Positions 41,557-54,598 of a stretch of DNA of 64,000 nucleotides are shown here, one piece after another; the first letter of the stretch is position 1; each line of letters begins with the position of its first letter. Made by a program: the position numbers and the translations under genes. Source of the DNA: Octopus bimaculoides (lineage: Eukaryota); assembly GCF_001194135.2 (NCBI RefSeq), contig NC_069005.1:16116074-16180073 (forward strand). Reading direction: 5' to 3'. The notes under the pieces were generated by a model that did not search any database, was not told where the DNA came from, and saw nothing but the letters and a program-made list of their open reading frames with translations.

Positions 41557-41722
41557 TGGGTCATCTCTTAAATAATGCAGTTTTTTCAATTACATGAATG
41601 GGATAAACTACCTGTATCAACTTAATATAAAAGCAGGTAGTAATTTTACCTTGTGCTTACTCTTAGTGCAAATTTTGAAGAGTGCAGTTTGATTTTAACA
41701 GTTATTTTTTCAAAGTTATAAT
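41557..41722 (+). mobile_element. 5' TIR end of the same mariner, in the opposite orientation
   Basis: ta-ctgggtcatctcttaaataatgcagttttttcaatt... is the reverse complement of about 11383 to 11203. Confidence 0.85.
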
Positions 41723-41736
41723 AATAGTGACAGTGT

Positions 41737-42570
41737 ATGAGGTGGTATGAAGTTTCCAGACTAGTTCTGTAGTGCACCAACAGATGGCAGCACACAGTTG
41801 CATGAACAATGACCTTCATGAGGCAGTTTTCTGAGTGACATTGCTGTGTTTACTTCACAAGTTGTGAAATTTGTGTTTTTGTGATCACATGGATGTTGTC
41901 TGTGATTTTGTCATGGTCAGCAACAAAGAGCCAACATTAAATTTTACATTAAAGCTGAGAACTCTGCTACAGAGACATTAAGAATGCTTTAGAAAGCTTA
42001 CAGTGATGAGGCAATGGGTCATGTGCAATGTTCCGAGTGGCATGAGTGCTTCAAAAGTGGAAGAACATCCTGGAAGACAATGAGTCATCCCCAGAAATGT
42101 GGTACTGTGCATGGAGAATTTGTCCCCCATGGCCAGACCATCAATCAAGAGTTCTACTGCAATGTTTTGAAGTGTTTGTGGGAGACATTCGGCAAAAGCA
42201 ACCAGATCTGTGGAGCATGAAGAATTGGATTCTTCATGATGACAATGCACTTTGTCACTGAGCTTTCCTCACTCGTGAGTTTCTTGCCAAAAACAACAGA
42301 GTATCACTTCCACACCCACCCTATTTGTCAGCTTTATCACTTGCAGCTTCTATCTCTTCCCCCAAGATGAAAATGCATCTCAAAGGTCACCATTTTAACA
42401 CCCGCTGAGATCCAGAGCAAACCACAGAAGGTCCTCAACTTGCTTATGGAAATCAACTTCCAGACCAGATTCCAAAAGTGGCAAGAACACTAGGACCAGT
42501 GTATTGCTGCACAGTGACTATTTCAAAGGAGACAATGTTAAGATTTAGGTAAATAAGTTATTTTTTTTTT
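41737..42570 (+). mobile_element. Internally deleted mariner of a second family
   Basis: Fragments EWHECFKSGRTS, VHGEFVPHGQTINQEFYC, WILHDDNA, PHPPY. Confidence 0.85.
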
Positions 42571-44471
42571 ATTAAACACTGACAGAGATATTAGACTTTT
42601 CTGTTATATTTTCTCTAATGAACTGGAATACCTACGATTCGAATTTCATCAAAATTGCAGATGAGGGTTCTTTCCCTCTTTACACACACTAAAAAAATTC
42701 TAATCATGACACATGTATCCCATACTACTGATCTTTATGCACAGATTCCAAAATTCTAGTCTTATGGAACCTGTTAAAAGGATTTTGCTCCCAAAAAATG
42801 GTCATGGAGCTCTAAAATGTGGGAACGAAGGCCCCTATTGGAGGTGGGTGCCTTAATGTCAACCAGAGAAGTTGAATTGTTGAGAATCTTTTTAATTTGG
42901 GTCTTATATCTATTGTTTGAATTTCTTTGAAATAGGAAATATATGTATGTTCACTGGGTTTGTGAAAGAGAACAAAGCTACAGAAAACCAAAAGACGAAT
43001 GATCACAATAAGCAGTCAGCTACCCCACCCTAGCCATTACCACTCCCAATGTAAGATTTCACACCATACAGGTGACAGGCACAGTCGTAAGATGCATTAC
43101 AGATCTATAGCAATTAGAAGGGCGTGACCCAACTTAAATAAACATTAACAACTGTGTGATGTGAGGGCTAAGGAGAAATGAAAGTGTCACCTCTGGAGTT
43201 TGCAAGTGACCACTATACCGATAGGTAACTGGGCAGAAAAAATTTACAATCTATAAATGTCTTTGAATAACTAGTCACTCATCTGGGAAGGCCTTGAAAT
43301 CAATGTTACCATCTTGGGATCATGTGTGACCCAGTGATAATAAAAAGACTCAAAGGAGTTCTGGAACGAAATAATTTTACTCAACACTTTGCAAGTGAAT
43401 CAGTGGAGGCAAAGATGTGTCTCCTTTACTTGACAATTTATGTACCACATTGCAGAAATCACAATCAAAGTATATCTCAAAGCAAACTCTTACACTGTTG
43501 TACCATTGAATTACAAATAATGCTTATCTTTTATGCTCAGGTGACCCTATAGCTTCCAAGAGTACAACTGTATTCATCTTTGTTTAGATAAAATGACTAA
43601 ATTGTGGGTGTTAAGTCCCCACGAAGTTCTACTGCAATGTTTTGAAGTGTTTGTGGGAGACATTCGGCAAAAGCAACCAGATCTGTGGAGCATGAAGAAT
43701 TGGATTCTTCATGATGACAATGCACTTTGTCACTGAGCTTTCCTCACTCGTGAGTTTCTTGCCAAAAACAACAGAGTATCACTCCCACACCCACCCTATT
43801 TGTCAGCTTTATCACTTGCAGCGTCTATCTCTTCCCCCAAGATGAAAATGCATCTCAAAGGTCACCATTTTAACACCCGCTGAGATCCAGAGCAAACCAT
43901 TTTTGTCTAATATCTATGGTTAAAATTTCATCATGAATTTTCATAGAATTTTCATAGAATTTTCATAGAATTATGCATAGAATATAATTTCAAAATTTCA
44001 TAAAGATCCATTCAGTACTTTTGACCTAGTTTTGGATCATAAAAAAATGACTAAAATTTGGGAGTTAAGGCCCCCATTAGGGGGTCTTAGAATCCTCATG
44101 AGAAGTGGAAACTTTGAGAATACTTGTTGATGTGTGTCAATTACCCATGGTTGAAATTTCATCAACATGGAAAATTTATGAATTTTCATGGGGATTCTGT
44201 CCCCTTTAAGCCACCTCAAATTCAAACCAAACATTATGCTCACCCTTATGCATTGAATCTAAGTTCCAAATACCATAAAGATCCATTCAGTAATTTTGGT
44301 CCATGAAATTTTATGAATCATACAGCATTACCCTTCTCCCTAGGCTTGGATTTTGTGTTCCAAATTTCATTAGGATCAGTGCAGTAGTTTTCGCATGTAT
44401 AAGTAACACACGAACACACATAAAGACATTGACTTTTATATAATAGATATGAATATGCACATATACATACA

Positions 44472-44524
<53 letters not shown>

Positions 44525-44883
44525 TATATATATATATATATATACACACAAAAAGATAGATTGATAGATTAAATGTCTTGTCATCAATAAATGTCAAAAT
44601 GGAACATACATTTTCAATTTTGAAGAAGGGAGAGTTTTCTGCTTTCAACAGGTAAACTAACATTCCTAACCACGGAGGAAGAAAAGGGGTGCCTTTCCAT
44701 TTTCACAAATAGAGAAAATACTTATTGTGAATGGAAACATGGTTGTATGGTTAAGAAGCTTGCTTCCCATGTCTTTTTGGGTTCAGTCTCACTGTGTGGG
44801 ACAACTTGAGCAAGTATCTTCTACAAGAGCGTCAAGGCAACCATTATTTACAATTGACGCGTATTTGTCCTCATCTTTGTTGT

Positions 44884-44926
44884 TAACATTTCAGCTGATA
44901 TATCGTCCAGCCTTCATCAGGTGTCT
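44884..44926 (-). ncRNA. Hammerhead ribozyme motif (degraded) in a Penelope-like repeat
   Basis: Minus strand reads gacac CTGATGA A GGCTG gacgatatat CAGCT GAAA tgttaac. Core and stem II are intact; stem III and NUH are not clear. Confidence 0.6.
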
Positions 44927-44974
44927 TGGGGAAATTTTGAACCTGGGTTCTCATCCCTAAGGTATTTTTTGATG

Positions 44975-45009
<35 letters not shown>

Positions 45010-45010
<1 letters not shown>

Positions 45011-45674
45011 GTCAAGATGAAGAGCGCGATTCGATTGTATAAATGTTTTATTCGTTGAACAATATTTCGACAGTACGTCTGTCTTTGTCAAGTTCAAAAC
45101 AAAAGGTGATTAAAAATTCAAAATTTCAGAAATTTAAACGTTAAACTATGAATGAGAGTAACCAGCATCCATTCATTGATGGAATGACATCATCAGTTTT
45201 TAAGTTTTATAACAGGCAGAAAGATTTTTTCGGTTTTTGTAATTGTGAAATTTTTGCCATGAACGGATTGTATTTTTAAACCGAGTGTCTTTTTCTGGTG
45301 TTATATTTATATTTATTTTTTCCTGAAGGTGTGTAAAAGAATTTTGATTTATTAAGTATCTTAATGAATTCTTTATACTGAAATATATATTGAAGAAGAG
45401 AAATATGTTCATTTAATATATACGTTTTTGCGTCGTAACTCCTTTATTGTTATTAATATAACCAAAAGGATTGATTCTTGAGGAGTCTACATACCTTCAC
45501 AGTCGTTTTTTTTCTGCTATTTTGGTGATGATTTTTTGACTTAACTTACCAATTATTTTTGTTGGTAGTTAATTTCTAATATATATATATATATATATAT
45601 AAACATATGCATATACATATATATGCATATATATATATACATACATATATATATGCATATATACATACATATAC

Positions 45675-45712
<38 letters not shown>

Positions 45713-45756
45713 GCATATATACATATGCATATATACATATGCATATATACATATGC

Positions 45757-45831
<75 letters not shown>

Positions 45832-46800
45832 TATGAACATATATGCATATATATATATATGTGCGTATATACATTTATTTTACTAATAAATAAAAGAAAA
45901 AATATTAAATATTTTTCTTTTATTTATTAGTAAAATAAGTACTTTTACTTTTTGATATAACAAGTATTTTTATATAAATTCATTTGTTATTCATTGTTGG
46001 TTGATATATATACATTCATTTTATTATTATTATTGTTGTATTTTGACCTGAAGATTAACTATATTTTTGAATAGAATTGATTTTCGATCAATTTATCTTA
46101 ATCGGTATTATTTTATTTTATTTTATTTTCTATTTGAAAATTTGGTTATGAACCACGTGTAGTCGTTTTATTATTTTAATGATTAGTATTTGTATTTTAT
46201 TATAGTTGTTTTTAGTGTATTTACTTATTAAATTTTTCTATATGTGACTGTGGATTTTCATGGATGAGTCCATGAACTATGGTTTTAGTTATTTTGTCTT
46301 TTCCTTTTCCTTACCTTCCTTCTTTATGTTTGTTCTCGTGTTCTTTCCTTCCCTTTCTGGTGGTAGCACTTGCATTCCTCTGGTTCTACAATGGGGTGAG
46401 GACTCCATTCCTTTGTAGGACCACTGGCACAGATGAACTTCTGGTTGTTGCTTCCTCTGCTTCCTTATCCTTATCAGCCTTGTTGTTCACTGGGGTTGGT
46501 GATCCATTCTTTTGAGGGCCCACTGGAGCAAATGTTTTTGTTTCATTTTCCCTATCCTTATCAGCCTTGCCACAGTTTTCCATGATGACATCAAGAGTGT
46601 CAATGTGTTGTCTAATAAGGGCATAAGATCAGATGAATTCATTTTTCTTCCACTATCTGCTCAATGGTTCTACAGAAGCCATTGTTCTTCAGTGCAGCAG
46701 TGATGATGATGTTTGGCAGATCACCACTAGCAATCACCGATGCTCGCAACAGTAGATTCATTTCTTTGCTCTCCCACTTTGTTGCTGTCTTTGTTTTCTA
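45010..46800 (-). mobile_element. Heavily decayed retroelement, probably Penelope-like, interrupted by a TA/CATA microsatellite
   Basis: Degenerate 5' ORF at 46260-46800 and a 3' end carrying a decayed hammerhead (TTGACAA A GACAG-acgta-CTGTC GAAA, 45061-45092). Classification is an inference. Confidence 0.45.
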
Positions 46801-47084
46801 AGATGGGGAGGGAAGGATAGAGAGGAAATGAGACAGAGGGAAGTAGAGGCGACATTTCACTTGCTCATTTCATTATCGTGAATACAAGGGACCAAAATGT
46901 GGGCTCCTCTAAAGCAGTGGTTCTAAAATGGGCCCCTAAAGGTCCATATAAGATTTTGGCAGGATCCATGCAACAAAATAATAAATTGGGCATCCACAAT
47001 AGTATTTTAAGGGCCCCTGAAAAAATTTTGCTTTAGATGTACATATTAGTATTTATTGCAAGAAATAACTAGAAAAAGGGTGCA

Positions 47085-47400
47085 CAGTTCAGAGATCATG
47101 GTGTCTCTTGAGTTTGGGCCGTAATTTCTCTGCATTGAGAGGTCAACAGCTCTGGAACTATGGACATCTGATTAGAACGTCACAGGAAAGAATCACAAGA
47201 CAGGTTCTTTAAGCCAAGCAAGCCAGCAGGAGACCTTGAGGTAGACCAAGAACAAGATGGTTGGATAATATCCATAGTCTCACTTGGTTGTGCTTGAGAA
47301 TCCAGTTGAAAAAGCTAATGATAGTTGATTCTGATAGAACTCCATGAAAGAGCGGCCCAAGGACTATATTCTCATGACTACCAGGAATATTAAGCAGAGA
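47085..47400 (+). mobile_element. LINE C-terminal fragment (RTE-like, different family)
   Basis: QLWNYGHLIR...RRP*GRPRTRWLDNI. Confidence 0.65.
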
Positions 47401-47717
47401 AAATGGATATATGGACCTAATTAATTTTAAAATTCCCCCCAAAGAAAGAACACAATAAGTAATTCACACAAATAGGCAATTCTCTTAAAATCACAATTCT
47501 ACATTAGTATTTGTTTCAAATTTTGGCACAAGGCCAGCAAGCTCAAGGAAGTGGCGGGGTTGATGTAATCAATCCCAGTGCTCAACTGGTATATGTTTTA
47601 TCAATTCAGAAAGGATGAATGGCAAAGTTGACCTCAGCAGAAGTTGAACTCAGAACGTAAAGACAGATGAAATGCTGCTAATCATTTTACCCAGCATGTA
47701 AACAACTCTACCCAGCT

Positions 47718-48480
47718 GTTGCACCGTGGTGTACCATGAGAGATTCCTGGAGTGCCACAAAAAATATTTTCAGGAAACAACGATCCAAGAACATTCACAA
47801 AGTTCAAGCATAAATATAAATTAATTATATATATCGTAAAATATGGTAAATATAAATTAATTATGTTACACAACGAACAGCAGTTTTGCTACAATATATT
47901 ACATTTCTGCATTTAAACCAAGATTGTCTGTAAGTGAATTGTTTAGTAGTCCTAGTACAATTTAATTTTTGATTTATTTATAATTTACATTAATTATTTT
48001 TTGTTAATTTTAATTGATTTTTAGTTTTAGATTTAAACATGGACAAATTTTTATTGAGACCTCAGAAAAATGAGAAAGAGAATCATAGCAAACAAGACAA
48101 ACACCAGAATAAAAAGTCCACTTCATCAAAATGTAAATATAATGAAAATCACATCCAATATGGTTTTATATTATTTGGAAAAGACAACTCGGTTCATTTT
48201 TACATGATTTCTTTAACAACACTCACAAAAGAAACAATGGTTCAACTCACTAGTTACAAGATTGCCCATCTTTTGGCAAAGAAGGAAAAACCACATTCTG
48301 ATGCTGAAAACATTATTTTACCAGTCTTGGATATCACCATTGGCACAATAATTAGTGATAAAGCCATCAAACAAATTAAGACCATTCCTTTGTCTGCCCA
48401 CACAATTCGCAAAAAATGAACTCGAAAACTTGTGAGCCTTACAAATCGATTAAAGTACACAGCAGCAGCAATGTTTTGAA
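47718..48480 (+). mobile_element. hAT (Charlie/Buster-like) transposase 5' fragment
   Basis: ORF 48039-48419: KYNENHIQYGF, SYKIAHLLAKKEKPHSDAENIILP, IKTIPLSAHTI. Confidence 0.8.
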
Positions 48481-49700
48481 ACTGAGCTCCTATTTTCCAT
48501 TACATTTCAGACAGATTCAGCACTGAGTTGCTGGAGTAGAAATATCCTTATAGCAAATATTCTGCTCAATAGCACAGATTTGCTTGTCAGTTGCTTGATC
48601 TTAATCACTTGAACATGTCCCTTAGTGGCTGACAATATGTGCATCTCTGATGATGAGCAGGAGTAGTGGGAGAGCATCATTGCCATGTGTTGAGAGGAAT
48701 TGTTTGAAGGAAATATTAGCCATTTTTCATACTTTCTAGGGATAACCAAATAGGAAATAACAGTTGCTACCCAAGAACAAAATATCATGTTAGACAGTGA
48801 ATCTTGTAGTTGATAGTGAACATGCCCCTGATAACAATCAGTTATCTTGTATTCTAATGGTCTGACCACTTAGAAATCTGAACATGTTTCTAAGAAACAG
48901 CTGAATTATGATGAGCAACACTTTGATGGCAATTTATAAATAATACATGCATAAAGTAGGCACAAGTGCAGCTATGTGGCAAGAAGTGTGCTTCCCAACC
49001 ATATGGTTTCAGGTTCAGTCCCACTGCATGGTACTTTGGGCAAGTGTCTTCTACTATAACCGTAGGCTGACCAAAACCTTGAGTGGATTTGGTAGACAAA
49101 CTGAAAGAAGCTTGTTGTATATATGTGCGTTTTTGTGTGTGTTTGACAACCACTGATGGTTTGTTTGTGTCCCCATAACTTAGCAGTTCAGTAAAAGAGT
49201 CCAACTGAATGAGTACCAGGTTAAAAAAAAAAAGTGCTGAGGTCAATTCATTCGACTAAAAATTCTTCAAGGTAGTGCTCCAGCATGGCCACAGTCTAAT
49301 AACTGAAACAAGATAAAAGTATTGTAACTTAAAACATGAGGAGAATATAATAAGGAAAGCAGACATCAGAGTCGGGAAGTGCATCTGACCATAGAAACTT
49401 CTGCCCTGACATAATCTCAATCCACTCATGCAAGCAGAGAAAAGTTGGTGTTAAAATAATAACAACTTTGATGATGATGATGATGATGACACAACTCTGA
49501 CGATGATGAAGGCATGGTGATGATTATGTCTATAAACTGGGAGAATAAAGCAGTGCTTGCATCAAATTAACAGATGAATTAATTAATTATATTGAGATTA
49601 AACATAAATGGCATCAGTTGAGTCTCACAAAATGATACGAGTTATAATAATCTTAAACAAAGTGACCAAGCACAGTTACATCATTTACTTCCATGTCTAG

Positions 49701-49756
49701 TGATGCAAAACCAATTACTGGTACACATTCACAACCAAGCAGACCGGAATCCAGAG
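49701..49756 (+). CDS. Plus-strand gene, penultimate coding exon (DAKPITGTHSQPSRPESR)
   Basis: Acceptor catttacttccatgtctag|T, donor AGA G|GTATTT, phase 2-1, matching the next exon. Confidence 0.65.
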
Positions 49757-50017
49757 GTATTTATATCTCTACTCATTTATTAATGACATCTCTAAAATCA
49801 ATACGAATAACAAAAGGATTCACTTACCACGTTAGGTCTATGGCAATGTTTACATATCCCTGGGTCAACTGTGTATGTTGACCTCCTCTTTAAAACAGAA
49901 CTCATATTGATAAGGATGATGATAATATGTAAATATATGAGTTTCCTTCTCAAATTTCCAATTCAATTCAGTTTCCTTTTTATTTTGTTTTTGTTTTGTT
50001 TGTTTTCCTTGTTGAAG

Positions 50018-50097
50018 GCAATCAAACATATTACGATCACCCAGATGACAGTTCTCGCAGAGGTTCCAGTGATGGATATGCTCTGCATACTTTATAG
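50018..50097 (+). CDS. Plus-strand gene, terminal coding exon (GNQTYYDHPDDSSRRGSSDGYALHTL*)
   Basis: Very strong pyrimidine tract ...ttttccttgttgaag|GC AAT, phase 1, ending in tandem TAG TAA, followed by about 1.1 kb of unique AT-rich UTR-like sequence. Confidence 0.7.
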
Positions 50098-52621
50098 TAA
50101 ATCTTTATATTAATCCTTTCTGCTTGACTGTGAGACAAGTGAAAAAAAATCACTATGTGGTATTTGTTTTTATTTATTCATTTATTTGTGTTTAACATGG
50201 CTGGTATCCAAGTATCCATTAAAATAAATATACATCTATGCAATTTACTGCAGCAACAAATTTTCACAGCATGTGCAACTAATAGGAAAAAATTTGGATG
50301 AAGGCTTAGGGAAAATTTAACAGAAGTGGGGGGTGGAGATCAACTATACAAGTGAATTGAGAAATGCACAATTCACTAGACTGACAAATTTATACAGAAT
50401 GTGCAACTAACAAGCATTAGAGACAACAGGAAAAAAAAAATCAAGATCAATCTATATGAAGTGTATGATCAACTAAAAAATAAACAACCAACTGGCTATA
50501 GCAACCAAAATCAGCCACTCACTTTGGTAATTAATAAATACTGAAATATGAATGTTTAAATATAACGATAGTAATAGTACTGAAGAGGATAAGTTTTATA
50601 CATCACAACAAAGAGGTGGGGGAAAATACATAAAATGACTTCAGTCAATGGATAGGAAATAAAAGAAGGATGAGGTGGGGGAGTTAAACTGTTCACATAT
50701 TCATTCACCAATGTAATTTAAAAGTGCAGACAAACAACTAAGCAAGCTGCAAGCCAGTTGGCTAAATGGCTAAACTGCACAGGTAGATGCTACCTACAAA
50801 TATACTTATAGCTACTACAGCTGACAGAAATCAATGAGCTCAGTTAATAACTGGAAACATTATATATCTTTAATTGGCACAAGAGTAAAAACAACAGTGG
50901 CCGCACAGAGAGAAAAGTAGTTCAGTTAGTTAATCTAGGTGTAAGCTTACTGTAGGTCTGTTAACAAATCATTCCTTTAGTACCACAAAAACAACTGACT
51001 GAAGTGTCTCGGTGTCAGTAAGCTTCACAAGTGAAGTGGTATTTAGATTTTACAAATACCTGACTAAGCTAAAATGGTAGACACATGGATCAGATCAACA
51101 GTCTGACTGTAGCTGAAAGTCATTTAAATGTCACACTATTAACGCAAAGTTAGGGATTTAGTTTCTTGGTACAATACCCATTTATAATGCAGAATATTAT
51201 TTATGTAATATATCTAAAATATCATCCACTAATTGTTCTTGCTTTCTTTTCTTTAATTATTCACAGTAAATTGAAAGGCCATCTTGGAAGTGCCAACGTC
51301 AAAATTATAGATCTAAATTTTGAATTTTTAATTAAAAGATGATTTTAAGGTATTTTAACTATGTCTTGCCCATCAGGTAAGTAAGTTTATTTCAATTAAC
51401 CAAAAACAAAACACATTCCTTGCATCTTTTATCTTGTTTCAATTATTGGACTACAGCCATGCTGGAGTACTGCCTTGACAGATTTAGTCATACAAATTCA
51501 CCTCAGTACTTATTTTTTTTTATAAGTCCAGTACTTACACTATCAGGTTCTTTTGTCAAAGTGTTATGTCATGGGGATGTTAACAAACCAACACTGGTTG
51601 TCCAGTGGTTGTCCAGTGGTGGGGTGGACAAACACATATACACACAGTTGCATTTGTATTTGGCTTCAAAACAGCAACATTAGACCTATCATACAATAAA
51701 GTCTGAACATATAACCACAGACATAGCTGTGTGGTAAAGAAACTCACTTTGCAACCATGTGGTTTCAGGTTCAGTCCCACTATGCAGCACTTTGGACAAG
51801 TGCCTTCTACTATAGCCTTAGACCAATCAATGCCATATGAGTGAGTTTGTCATCATCATTATCATTTAACGCCCATTGTCCATGCTGGCATAGTTTGGAC
51901 AGTGTGACCAGAACTGGCAAGCTGGGGGTCTGCACCAAAATCCAGTCTGTTTTGGTTTGGTTTCTATGGCTGGAGGCCCTTCCTAACACCAACCACTTTA
52001 CAGCATGTGCTGGATTCTTTTAGATGGCACTGCACAGGTGCTTTTACATGGCACTGCATGGGCGCTTTTACATGGCACACTCATGAGTACTTTACACCAC
52101 TAGAAGGATCAGTCTTAACACTTCTGCAGCAGGGTACAGGTCTTCTTCAGTACAGCCAGGTGCCAGGTATCTCAGTCCTTTGTCATCTTTCCTAAAAGGT
52201 TCTTCAGTACTTCATCATGTTTTCTCGGGTTTCTCACTTCTACATGTTTCATCCACTTTGAGAGATTGGCACTTCTTTATGAAGCTGTCACACTGTGTGG
52301 CAACCCATCATGCGTGTGTATGTGTGCATTTGTCCCTTGCACCACCACTTGGCAACTAGTGTTGTTTTGCTTACATCTCTGTAACTTAACAGTTCGGCAA
52401 AAGAGACCAATAGAATAAGTACCAGACTAAAAAAAATACTTAAGTCATGGGGTCAATTTGTTCAGTGAAAACCCTTTAAAACAGTGCCCCAGCATGGCCA
52501 CAATCAAATGACTGAAGCAAGAAAACAAAATATATTCCTCTATTTCATCCCCATTATTAATTAGATCATTAATAACAAAGCAATGTTAAATTAAATGAAA
52601 TCTCTTTAACCCTTTTATTAC

Positions 52622-54598
52622 CATATTTCTCCTGAGAACATCCGCTTTCCATGCTGGCATGGGTTGGACGATTTGACTAAGGACTGGCGAGCCAGATCGC
52701 TGCACCAGGCTCCAATCTGATCTGGCAGAGGTTCTACAGCTGGATGCCCTTCCTAGCACCAACAAAATCGAGAGTGTAGTGGGTGCGTTTACGTGCCACC
52801 GGCACAACGGTCAGTCAGGCGGTACTGGCAACGGCCACGCTCAAATGGTGTTTTTATGTGCCACCTGCACAGGAGCCAGTCCAGTAGAACGACCTCGCTC
52901 AAATATTCTTTTTGACGTGCCAGTAAGGTGACACTAGTAACGATCAAGCTTGAATGGTGCTTTTTACGTGCCACCGACACAGGAACCAGTGAGCGGCCCT
53001 GGAAACAATCATGCTCAGATGGTGCTCTCAGCGCTCCACTAGCACGGATGCCAGTCATATGATTCCGATTTCACTTGCCTCAACAGGTCATCACAAGCAG
53101 ATTTTAGTGTCCAATGAAGGAAAGGTACGCATAAGTAGGCTGGTTGCACCCCTGACATAGGCCACAGGTTATGGTCTCACTTGGCTTGCTAGATTTTCTC
53201 AAGCACAGCATATTTCCAAAAGTCTTGGTCACTAGTCATTGCCACGGTGAGGCTTAATGTTCGAAAGTCGTGCTTCACCACCTCATCCAGGTCTTCCTGG
53301 GTCTACCTCTTCCACGGGTTCCCTCAACTGTTAGGGTGTGGCATTTTTTCACAGTTATCCTCATCCATTCTCACCACATGACCATACCAGCGCAATCGTC
53401 TCTCTTGCACACCACAACTGATGCTTCTTAAGTCCAACTTTTCTCTCAGGGCATTTACACTGTCAAGTATGCACACTGACATTACACATCCAGCAGAGCA
53501 TTCTGGCTTCATTGCTTGTGAGCTTACACATGTCCTCAGCAGTCATGGCCCATGTTTCACTGCCATGCAGCATAGCTGTTCGTACACATGCGTCATACAG
53601 TCTACCTTTTACTCTGAGCGAGAGACCCTTTGTCACCAGCAGAGGTAGGAGCTCTCTGAACTTTGCCCAGGCTATTCTTATTCTAGCAGCTACACTTTCA
53701 AAGCACCCATCCCCACTACTGACTTGGTCACCTAGGTAACGGAAGCTATCAACTACTTCTAGTTTTTCTCCCTGGAACGTGGCAGAAGTTGTTCTCTGCA
53801 CATTTTCAGTGTTTATTGCTCCTGAGCATCTGCCACATACAAAAACTATCTTCCCAGTTCGCCTTCCTTTGATATTGCTGTACCTCTTATGTGTCCATAG
53901 CTTACACTGGTGTACATCTTAGAGTTTCTACCTATGCCTTTTCTGCAGATCGAGCAGGACCATCTACCTGAAAGGATTTGTGGTTTGTCTGCCTTCCTTT
54001 CGATTCTAATCCTTGCTTCCACACCTTAGACTTCTCCTTTAGTTCTGATAGTGACTCAGCAATTAGAGCAAGGTCATCAGCATAGAGGAGCTTCCAGGAG
54101 CATCCTGTCTTGAATTCCTCTGTTATTGCCTGGAGGACTATGATAAATAGGAGGGGACTGAGGACTGAACCTTGGTGGACCCCTACCTCTACCAGGAATT
54201 CTTCACTGTACTCATTTCCAACCCTCACCTTACTGACAGTATCTTTGTACATGGCTCGCACAGCTCTCATTAACCATTCTTCTATCCCAAGTTTCCTCAT
54301 TGACCACCAGATAAGGGATTGGGGGACCCCGTCAAAGGCTTTCTCCATGTCAACGAAAGCCAAGTACAGAGGTTTATCTTTGGCTAGGTATTTCTCCTGC
54401 AGCTGTCTTACCAGAAATATAGCATCAGTGGTGCTTTTCCCTGGCACGAACCCAAACTGCATCTCATCTAAACTGACTCGCTCCCTAATTAGTTGGGCTA
54501 TGACCCTCTCCGTGACTTCATTACAACTTGATACCTCTGTAATTATTTGTATCTAAAGCATCACCTTTCCTTTGTAGCAGTTGACTATGGTGCTGCTA
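52622..54598 (-). mobile_element. 5'-truncated RTE-clade LINE with RT domain and 3' tail
   Basis: QFGFVPGKSTTDAIF, FVDMEKAFD, GVHQGSVLSPLLF, LLYADDL, FRYLGD, ERRLRWYGHV, followed by a tandemly repeated 3'UTR. Confidence 0.95.

Noticed and set aside
43322-43552. 76-aa plus ORF MCDPVIIKRLKG...
   Set aside because: No recognisable motif and no supporting splice sites; lies among transposon debris.
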